A stretch of 64,000 nt of DNA from Octopus sinensis (lineage: Eukaryota): contig NC_043000.1 in assembly GCF_006345805.1 (NCBI RefSeq), positions 61,256,001-61,320,000 of the forward strand, written 5' to 3'. The notes beneath the pieces are model-generated. The model was not told the DNA's origin and did no database searches. It saw only the letters and a program-made list of their open reading frames with translations. The translations under genes were made by a program, and so were the position numbers. This document shows positions 54,328-64,000 of this stretch, in pieces (position 1 is the stretch's first letter; the number at the start of each line of letters is the position of its first letter).

Positions 54328-54550
54328 AAGGCGGCGAATTGGCAGAATGGTTAGCACGCCGGGCGAAATGCCTACCGGGATTTCGTCTGCCGCTACGTTC
54401 TGAGCTCAAATTCCGCCGAGGTCGACATTGCCTTTCATCCTTTCAGGGTCACTTAAATAAGTACCAGTTACGCAGTGGAGTCGATGGAATCGACTTAATC
54501 CTTTATCCCAAATTTCAGGCCTGGAGCCTATAGTAGAAAAGATTATTATT
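54328..54550 (+). mobile_element. Full-length family-A SINE, tail b
   Basis: Near-consensus head, core and tail ending in (ATT)n. Confidence 0.93.
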
Positions 54551-54591
54551 ATCATTATTCTTTTGCAAGTGCATGCTAATTTAGCCGGTAT

Positions 54592-54624
<33 letters not shown>

Positions 54625-54687
54625 ATAATAGAAATGATATATAAATATATGCATATATATATCAACATATATGTACATACCTACATA

Positions 54688-54912
54688 TATTTCTTTACTA
54701 CCCACAAGGGGCTAAACACAGAGGGGATAAACAAGGACAGACAAACGGATTAAGTCGATTATATCGATACCAGTGCGTAACTGGTACTTAATTTATCGGC
54801 CCCGAAAGGATGAAAGGCAAAGTTGACCACGGCGGAATTTAAACTCAGAACGTAGCGGCAGACGAAATACCGCTAAGCATTTCGCCCGGCGTGCTAACGT
54901 TTCTGCCAGCTC
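54688..54912 (-). mobile_element. Near-full-length family-A SINE, tail a
   Basis: Near-consensus sequence. Confidence 0.93.
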
Positions 54913-55082
54913 ATATATGTATATATACATGCATATATGGGTACAGCACATCAAAAAACGTTCAACACAATGAGAAACGAAAACATAAAAACAAAAACAT
55001 AGAAACGAAATTGAGTAAAAGAGTATATATAAAGGTATATAAATATCAATATATATATATGTGTATCTCTCTCTCTCTATCT

Positions 55083-55146
<64 letters not shown>

Positions 55147-55371
55147 ATATATATATATGTATATATATATCAGTAAAATCAATAGTATTAATAGTATTGG
55201 ATTTTACTCATAAGGTATTGGAATCTTATATGTATACCATTCTACCTAAAAAATGGATCTACAAATACAACATTCGTACATCTCTCACATCAATTTTCTT
55301 TTCTTTCCTCCAACTCACTCTCTATTTTATATCTTATTTAAATTAACTATTTGTTACCCATCCTCTCACAC

Positions 55372-55421
55372 CGTGTCCGATGAAGGGATGTAATAAATAT
55401 CCTGGAAACAGCTGTAAGACC
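55372..55421 (+). ncRNA. Hammerhead-like motif (U4C core variant) in a probable Penelope 3' UTR fragment
   Basis: CCGATGA(55377-83)-agggatgt aataa atatcct-GAAAC-agct-GTA-agac; palindromic CAGCTG stem III as in dimeric minimal hammerheads. Confidence 0.55.
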
Positions 55422-55678
55422 TTTTATCTATAAGTGCTCTAAAATCTACACAGCCTTGGCTTTTATCTCATAAGGAAATTTTTTTTGTTATATACACACG
55501 CTGATATATGACAAACGTTGAACCCCTTATTCGCATAATCACCGAAGGAACTTAACTATGGTCTATCTATAGCACTTATTCAGCATTACCTGACACCTTT
55601 GGGTCTCAATGACGCCATTACTTCTCATAAACTTTCTCTCTATATATATACATATACGTATATACATACATATACACA

Positions 55679-55730
<52 letters not shown>

Positions 55731-55738
55731 CGATATAT

Positions 55739-55782
<44 letters not shown>

Positions 55783-56020
55783 AAATATATACGTTTTTAT
55801 TATTATTTTGCAATTTACTTAATCATTGGTATATTATTGTTATTTTATTTAATAGTTCTATTATATGTAATTTTCTAGATGGTGTAATTTAAATGTTCAT
55901 TTTGAATTGATAAAAGGTGGATTTTCTAATTTTTATATATATATTATATTTGTTTTGTGAAATTTGATTTAGTATTCGAAATTGAATTTTTCCGTGTAAG
56001 TTACGAATAATTTTCCCTCA

Positions 56021-56069
<49 letters not shown>

Positions 56070-56099
56070 TTAATAAGAATAATAATATACATAATATAT

Positions 56100-56136
<37 letters not shown>

Positions 56137-56162
56137 ATAATACACATATGTATACATATGTA

Positions 56163-56968
56163 TTGGGTTGTCCGGAAAGTTCGTGTCGATTTATTGTAGC
56201 TTACCTTCCGACTTATTTTAAAACATGTTTGAGTCCATAAAATAAAATTTAAGCTATTTTTTCGTGGAAGAAGGTTTATATTTCTATAACCTGTGTTAAT
56301 TCTGTAACCCTTTAAAATGGAAGATGAGAAAGGTCATTTTCGGCACTTGATGCTTTTCTTTTTCCGTAAAGGGAAAAATGCCTCACAAGCAACCAAAGAA
56401 ATATGCGCAGTTTACGGTGATGTTTCTTTATCCGAAAGAGCTGTACGGAAGTGGTTCGCAAGGTTCCGAGCTGGATATTGTAGCCTTATTGATAAAGAGC
56501 GATCAGGCAGACTATCCACTATAGATGATGACCAAATCAAGTTATTAATTGAGAATAACACATATTACACAACCTGAGAATTGGCAGAAAATCTCAACCT
56601 ATCAAAATCCGTCGTTCATGAGCACCTGGTAAAACTTGGATACACAAATCGCTACGATGTTTGGGTACCACATGAGTTGAGTGAGAAGGACCTTTTGGAT
56701 CGCATTTCCATCAGTGATTCGCTTTATAAACGGAATGAAAACGCGCCTTTTTTAAAGAAAGTTGTGACAGGTGAAGAGAAATGTTCAGAGAAAGCGACCC
56801 TGGAGTAAGCGACATGAGCCACCGTTAGTCACTCCAAAAACGGGTCTTCCCCCTAAAAATGTCTTGCTTTGGGTCTGGTGGGATTGGAAAGGAATTCTGT
56901 ACTATGAGCTTCTCTCAAGTAACCAAACAATTAATTCTGAGAAATACTGCACACAACTGGACAATTAG
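56163..56968 (+). mobile_element. Mariner DNA transposon, 5' TIR plus 3'-truncated transposase pseudogene
   Basis: TA + TIR ttgggttgtccggaaagttcgtgtcgattt; HFRHLMLFFFRKGKNASQA..KWFARFR..RSGR, WVPHELS, VTGEEK, VWWDWKGILYYELL..QTINSEKYC; internal stop, frameshift, no YSPDL half. Confidence 0.95.
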
Positions 56969-57267
56969 ACATTTATATATATATAATAATATTATCTTTA
57001 TATATATATATATATATAATATATATATAAAAGATTAACAAACACAAAAAAGAGCATAACAAAAGCAAAATACGAAGAGAGGTGTGTAAACAACAAACGA
57101 ATGTAGTAGTTAAATATTCGGGAACAGTGAAAGTCTTTTAAATTTCAAGCCTACGCTCTTCGACAGAAAGGAATACAGAAATAAACAGGGAGAGAAAATA
57201 GGAAAACGTTTATACATACATAAATACATGAAATACTAAATGAGTAATTCAAGAGTATTTTCACTCC

Positions 57268-59051
57268 ACCCCTAGGGCATTTTCAAGTCAGCAATCCAAC
57301 TGACTTCTTTACCACTGCAGATATAAAATCAGAGACAGCGATGATTGATTACATCAATTTAAAAGGAAGACGATGTAATAAAGGCTATAGATGAAATGAA
57401 AACAAACTCAGCTACTGGCCCCGATGGATTCCCAGCAATCCTTCTAAAAGTATGTAAGAGAGTCCTAGCTAGACCACTGCAGTTCCTCTTTCAGAGCTTC
57501 TTTGCAACTGGCAAACTTCCAAGAAAACTGAAGGAGGGTAAAATATGCCCTATTCATAAAGGAAGTAGCAGAGCGGAGGCCAAGAACTACAGACCTATCT
57601 CTCCGACCTCACACATCAGCAAGGTCATGGAACGAATAGTCAGAAGGAAACTAATCACTTTCCTTCAGGAAGATAACTTGCTGCTTGACACCCAACATGG
57701 TTTCCGACCAGGAAGAAGCTGCTTAACTCAGCTCCTACAACACTATGACAGGGTGCTGAAACGACTGCTCAACCACTCAAATGTGGAAGTCATATATCTC
57801 GACTTTGCAAAGGCCTTTGATAAAGTTGATCATGGAATGATAACTCACAGACTGCGTGATCTTGGCATAGTTGGAAAATTGGGAGAATGGCTTCATGACT
57901 TTCTGAAGGATAGAAGTCAGGTGGTAGTAGCCAATGGGGCCACCTCCAATAACACGCAAATAGTGAGCGGTGTTCCGCAAGGCACTGTTTTGGGACCACT
58001 ACTGTTCATAATGGCCCTCTCAGACATGCCCTCAGCCACGCAGAGAGCCACGATCACAAGTTATGCAGATGATACAAAAGTTTCACAGGCAATACAGAAC
58101 CCCGAAGACACTATGCACCTGCAATGAGAGCTGGACAAAATATACAAGTGAGCTTGAAAGAATAGCATGCAGTTCAATGCTGAAAAGTTTCAAGCTTTAT
58201 GCTATCAACATGCAAAACTAAATGCAATACCCAATAAATACACGGGACCTAGAGGGATTGCAATCCCCGAGGCATAATCAGTGCGAGACCTGGGTATTTA
58301 CATGAGTGATGATGCAAACTTTCATGTGCATGTGCTAAATTGGCAATGAAATGTAGGCGGCTGACCAGATGGATTTTTAGAACCTTTAGAACAAGAGACC
58401 AGGAAACCATGATGGTCCTCTGGGGGACACTTATCCTAAGCCACTTTGACTATTGCTCTCAGCTATGGTCACCATCCAGTGTCAGGTTAATCACAGAACT
58501 TGAGGCGATCCAACGAAGCTACACGAAGAAGATAGCCTCTGCGCAGCATATAATCTACTGGGAAAGACTCAAGATTAAGACTCTACTCCTTAGAGCGTAG
58601 GCGAGAAAGATATACCATAATATACATCTGGAAGATCCTAGAAGGACTTGTCCCAAACTTTGGAATCGAGAGTTACACAAATGCTAGAACTGGGCGCCAC
58701 TGCATAGTGCCAAGGACTCCAAATTTGCCGTCAAGACGTAGGACAAGACACTGTGATAGCCTGGGCTTCAGAGGCCCACAACTCTTCAATATCCTCCTGA
58801 AGAACCTGAGAGACCTGCATGGGGTGCACGCAGATGTCTTTAAAATAAAACTGGATCTGTTCCTGTCAGGTATCCCAGATGAACCAATTTCACGGCAGGA
58901 GGTACAGATGAGGGCAGCTGCTCCGAACTCTCTCATGCACCAAATGGCAATTGCTAAAAAGCATTCGTGAAATAAAATTATGTAGCAACACCAAATGGCG
59001 GTGCTCCAGCATGGCCACAGCTCGTGAGCCGAAACTAGATACAAAAAAATA
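57268..59051 (+). mobile_element. 5'-truncated CR1-group LINE (RT pseudogene) with intact 3' tail
   Basis: ATGPDG, NYRPIS, QHGFRPGRSC, YLDFAKAFDKVDH, GVPQGTVLGP, YADDTK; downstream degenerate LDYCSQLWSP..LEAIQR..LERRRERY; A-rich end at about 59043-59051. Confidence 0.96.
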
Positions 59052-59079
59052 AATGCATATATATATTATATATATATAT

Positions 59080-59162
<83 letters not shown>

Positions 59163-59181
59163 TATATTAATATATACATAC

Positions 59182-59220
<39 letters not shown>

Positions 59221-59290
59221 TACATATTATATATATATATATATATATATTAATATATCTATATATATATTATACATATATGTATATATA

Positions 59291-59370
59291 TTGGGTTGTC
59301 CGGAAAGTTCGTGCCGATTTTTATAGGAAAGAAAAAAGGTCAAAATTTTTAATCAACACAAATATCTAAG
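59291..59370 (-). mobile_element. Terminal fragment of the same mariner family (probably 3' end, minus strand)
   Basis: TA + ttgggttgtccggaaagttcgtgccgattt (1 mismatch to the 56163 TIR), but the internal sequence differs from the 5' end. Confidence 0.75.
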
Positions 59371-59900
59371 ATTCATAGTGGGTTAAAGCTGGGAACAAAA
59401 ACAATACAGTGGAGACATACAAGGAAACCGAACGAAAACAAACATGGAGGGTCGTTAGACGAGAACGAGAGGAAAATAGTGAACGTTGGGATAAGCATTT
59501 TTTGAAAAGAGAAAAGACAGGAGAAAGAAAAAAATACCTTTGTTCTTCTGAACGTCCGTGCAGGAAAAGAAAGATGGTCACGTGAGGAAAAGAAAGATGG
59601 ACGATGGTCACGTGTGAGCAACAAGAAACAGAGAAAAACTGAGAAAGAGGGGGAGAAAGAGACAGAAAACGGTGAAGCAGGGAGGGGGGAGACGGATGGA
59701 GGAAGAAAACAGTATAGAGAGTTGCATATATATATATATATGTTTATTTAATTTATTGATTGTTTTGTATAATATTTATTATAGTATATTCACATTTTTT
59801 TCTATTTAATATGGATAATGTCTTTCACTGTTGAATTGCTTAATAGAGGTTAGAGGTTATTTCTCTTAATTATACACATATACATACATACATACATACA

Positions 59901-59936
<36 letters not shown>

Positions 59937-60019
59937 TACGTACATGTGTGTTTCTGAATGTGTTTGTGTGTGTGTGATTGTGTGTGTGTGAGCTAGAGAG
60001 AGTTATATATATATATATA

Positions 60020-60400
60020 AACATCCGTGTAAATGCCATAAATATATCAGAGGAAATCGAAAACTGGAGCGCTATGAATAAAGCGGTAATTGTTCTTACC
60101 GATTTCCAGACACTCTCTTTTGTTGATAAGAATGATTTAACTAATTGTAAAACCAATGATACCAACAGCTTTTTTGGTTTTCTGAGTGTAACTCCTGACT
60201 GGATGCAAGTGAAATCTGACGAAATATCTGAATATATGCAAAATATATGAAAACAAAGAGCTACATTTCGCCGATAGGTTAAATGCTGATAGAAGTGAAC
60301 TCTCGATAGGGGTGCAGAATTACGTACATTTTCTCTGACGTACAAGGAGAAATATAAAACTCTTCTTCTAATCAGTCCGAAAATACCTAACGAGCATAAG
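60020..60400 (+). mobile_element. Possible decayed hAT-like transposase C-terminal fragment
   Basis: DLTNCKTNDTNSFFGFLSVTPDWMQVKSDEISEY..DRGAEL loosely resembles the T..FF..L...FL...P..W...Y..ERGV.L pattern; weak. Confidence 0.25.
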
Positions 60401-61026
60401 GTAAATTACACTAGAGCATTGCAAACAGGTTTCTGTGAAATAAAGATGGATTTGATCTGAATTACTCAGATACAAATATATACAAAATTGTCGAATGTGT
60501 TTCCGATTCTCTGTATGGTAGTATTGACTGTCATGGTAATATTGGAAGAAGAATTTTGGCTTAAGGCCTCATTTCAGGTATATATAATATCTATGTATAT
60601 GAATATATACGCAGAGTAAAATTAGAATTTTCCGTTTCCCACACCTGTAATCATAAATAATATTCTCCAGTTTTTTCACGTATGGGTGTTTTCTTGCCAA
60701 CATCTTAGAATGACATTGCAATCCCTGTTTTCGATATTGTTTTTAATTTTTTCTAATAGTTCCTGTCATTGATTTTCCATCCTCTCCCCAGGAATTTTGA
60801 TACTTCAACCTTTGTTTTATAATTATTCGTGTGAACAGAGAAAGCACTTTTGTAGCTATTTGTTATAGATTTATTTTATTGTTTACTGGATTTTTAAAAC
60901 TGTAGTGAAACATTGGGTATAGCGAATATTTTAAAAATAATATTCTAGTTTCAGAATACCAATATTTTCCTGTATTCGAAGTTAATATAATCATCTGTGC
61001 TGTATTTTGATTAATGTATTCGAAAT

Positions 61027-61344
61027 GGGTGCCTATTACAATAACAAAATACACAATCCTCAACGCCATAATCCTGAATGCTGAAACCCCGAAAGATTAC
61101 AATCCCCATTTGTTGAAATCCTTACATTAAGTTTTTATTATCGTTATTTTTTCATTTCAAAATCGATTTAATATGCTTCTCAAGTAAATCCCTTTTTTGA
61201 AATAGCAAATAAATGTTTTTTTAAGAAATTATATTATTATTATTTATTTATTTTTCCTGAATTATTTTTTGGAAACTGATCTTTCGGGATTCCAGCATTT
61301 GGGATTATGGCGCTCAAGAGTGTGTCTGTTACTATTATGAGCCA
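61027..61344. mobile_element. Mutator(MULE)-like MITE
   Basis: cgccataatcc.(g/a)aatgctg.aa.cccgaaagat present at 61063-61097 and inverted at about 61278-61312; this motif is typical of invertebrate MULE TIRs. Confidence 0.7.
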
Positions 61345-62275
61345 AAAGCTGTTAGACATGCAGTTATTTTATTGATTTACTATTTAGACTTGCTGCTTCA
61401 CTTAGCCTCCCGTTGTGAATATCATAACTATAATTTATTACTCGAATAGCTAGAGGTTTGATCTCTATTACCATAACTGCAGCATTTAGAGTAGTTTGAA
61501 ATATCAATTTTACGCTTCTATTCATAATAGTTCCTTTCTTTTGTTTTTCCTTCATTTCATTTGTATTCGTTATTCTCTGTTTAGCTAATCAATTCTTAGT
61601 ATTTGTAATCCTGTGTTCGGTCTAATTCTCTTACGTAACATGATATTAATATTTTCACTTATTCTCCTACATGTTGCTTTGACACATTTAAAAACCTAGA
61701 TAGATCTATGCACTATACGTGGCAGTGTTTCTAGTTTCCTGTGATTTGCGTCATACACTTAGAAGTTATCCGTTTACAAATACATGCTATTGCATCTAGT
61801 CTGGATTAGTATGTTCGTTAACGTGTTAATACGTACCAGAAAAGAAATGGCGATATTAGGAAGGAGAAAAAATTCCCCTTTGAGTATTGTCGTTTTATAA
61901 TTTCTTATTATGGGTTGATCTGTATAATTATTTACTATTTATAATAACATGTTTCATGTACATGCTTAATATTAGTGTCACCGTACTGTTGGCTAACGCT
62001 TCGAAAATCTGAGGGGGAATCTGTCAAAAGCTTTCTGATAATCAGTCTATGCGATGTTCAAACATGTTTTTATTCTACAGTCTTCAATTATGGGTTTGGT
62101 GTATCACTAAAGGAATTTCACAAGCATATGGTATTTATGGTATCGTTTCTTAAGGCAGGCAATGTATGTGTTAGTGTTTGTAAGTATTGGGGCTTGTTGT
62201 TTTTACTGCACGTATTAGGACTGAAGATAATATTCCTCTCTGTAACTCATTCACCTGTCTATCTATCTATCTGTA

Positions 62276-62407
<132 letters not shown>

Positions 62408-62415
62408 TATATATA

Positions 62416-62471
62416 TTAGAGGGAAACCACTATGTGGACACCCATATGATAGAAATAGATCCGCTACAGTA

Positions 62472-62545
<74 letters not shown>

Positions 62546-62607
62546 TTATATATTAGAGGGAAACCACTATGTGGACACCCATATGATAGAAATAGATCCG
62601 CTACAGT
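62416..62607. repeat. Identical about 55-bp unique core duplicated with 137-bp period between (TA)n tracts
   Basis: tagagggaaaccactatgtggacacccatatgatagaaatagatccgctacagt at 62416-62470 and 62553-62607. Confidence 0.95.
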
Positions 62608-62615
62608 ATATATAT

Positions 62616-62674
<59 letters not shown>

Positions 62675-63540
62675 CACATATAATAACACACGCACATTTA
62701 TATATATATATTATATATATGTAGAGGTGCGCATCTTGGAAAAAATGCGTGCAATGTACAAAGTTAATATACGCAATGTATGATAATGCTATCATTATTT
62801 GAAGTACCTATCGCTATTTCCTGAAAGGCGACTGTATCTATCTTTAAACGTAACCTGTCAATATGTTCACTAAAGTGGCTTTGTATAATTCCAGTTATAC
62901 CGATTATGATATTGAATGAACAACACGTTTCTTAACACCCATACTGTCATTAATTCAATGGATAAGTTCATGTAATTTCTAAGTGTTCCAACTGGCTGCT
63001 ACATAAAATTATAGTAATTCACCATTGTGCTGTCGATTATTAACACAGTATTGTCATTTTGATATCTTTATTATGGAAAACAATGTCAAGCTTATTTTAT
63101 GCTATGTTTCGTAGAATTTTCCTCATGTCAGCCAAATCACTTCTCATTCGTATTCCTACATCTTTCGTACACATACACTAAGTCTTACTTTCGTTTATTG
63201 AATACAAAATTGTCCAGTTCTATGGGGCTTCCAAATCATCCGTCCTTCTTGCCTGCCAGCTTCAATTAAGATTATGTTAATTATTGAGAATAGAGTGTGA
63301 ATGGCAGAAATGCTAAGAGCCACGAACTGCCACGTTTTCACTTTAGGAATTTTATTTTATATAACCGTTATAAATGTATCTATAGACTTGGATATATACA
63401 TATATATGTATGCATGTGTGTGTGTTTGTGTGCGTGTGGTAGATGTATTTATGTATTTATATATACATATACACATATATGTATGGATCTACTTATGCAT
63501 TTACATATACGTATACACATACACACACATATAGACAAGA

Positions 63541-63800
63541 GAAATTATAATAAACACGAGTTTATATCATTTGTTCCTTACGTACGTTCCTACATTAAAG
63601 TCATATTGAACTTGGAACCTCTGTATTGGAGGTTCCAAGTTCAATTGGAAACATAATCACAACAGATCATAAAAACGTTTCCTAACGTATTGCAATAAAG
63701 TTTCCCCTTGAGGATCTGTTGTGGACAAGCATCCAACGCAGAGGTTCCAAACAACCACAATTGGGACCAAATGATATAAACTTGTGCTTATCATAATTCC
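63541..63800. repeat. MITE-like inverted repeat with a nested perfect 17-bp hairpin
   Basis: About 38-bp imperfect TIRs 63541-63578 / 63764-63800; inner stem 63605-63621 / 63629-63645. Confidence 0.8.
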
Positions 63801-63958
63801 TCCAACATTCGGCTTTGTATATCATAATCAGTAATACTGCTAAGTATAGTAGTAACCGAGCCATCATACTGAAAGCAGATCAGATAAAGATAGTCTACAT
63901 GGAGCTTTAAACTCAAAGTAACAGTCGCACATCCAGCCGTACACACACTACATATATA

Positions 63959-64000
<42 letters not shown>

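Overview
AT-rich, microsatellite-saturated eukaryotic non-coding DNA. It is most likely cephalopod (Octopus-like), inferred from recognisable tRNA-derived SINE families, and has one 100-N assembly gap. I found no intact host protein-coding gene, rRNA, tRNA or CRISPR array. Almost all ORF-track entries are translations of microsatellites or SINEs. The real coding remnants are all transposon-derived: two Penelope-like elements with RT followed by a C-terminal GIY-YIG domain (34.4-35.6 kb and 12.3-13.3 kb), a 5'-truncated CR1-group LINE (57.3-59.05 kb), a truncated mariner (56.2-57.0 kb), a maT-like fragment (25.9-26.1 kb) and weaker L1/Tx1-like and hAT-like relics. Around them lie dozens of SINE copies from three families, several TIR MITEs and a Lep1-type non-autonomous Helitron. 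The most interesting signals are RNA-level. They include a near-intact minimal hammerhead ribozyme downstream of a Penelope-like ORF, several hammerhead-like motifs with recurrent core variants, and a 250-bp foldback with a hammerhead-like core in each arm. There is also a SINE-LINE shared 3' tail whose hairpin is conserved in structure but not in sequence, recurrent SINE multimer junctions, and a TGA at a conserved Cys of a Penelope Zn-knuckle.
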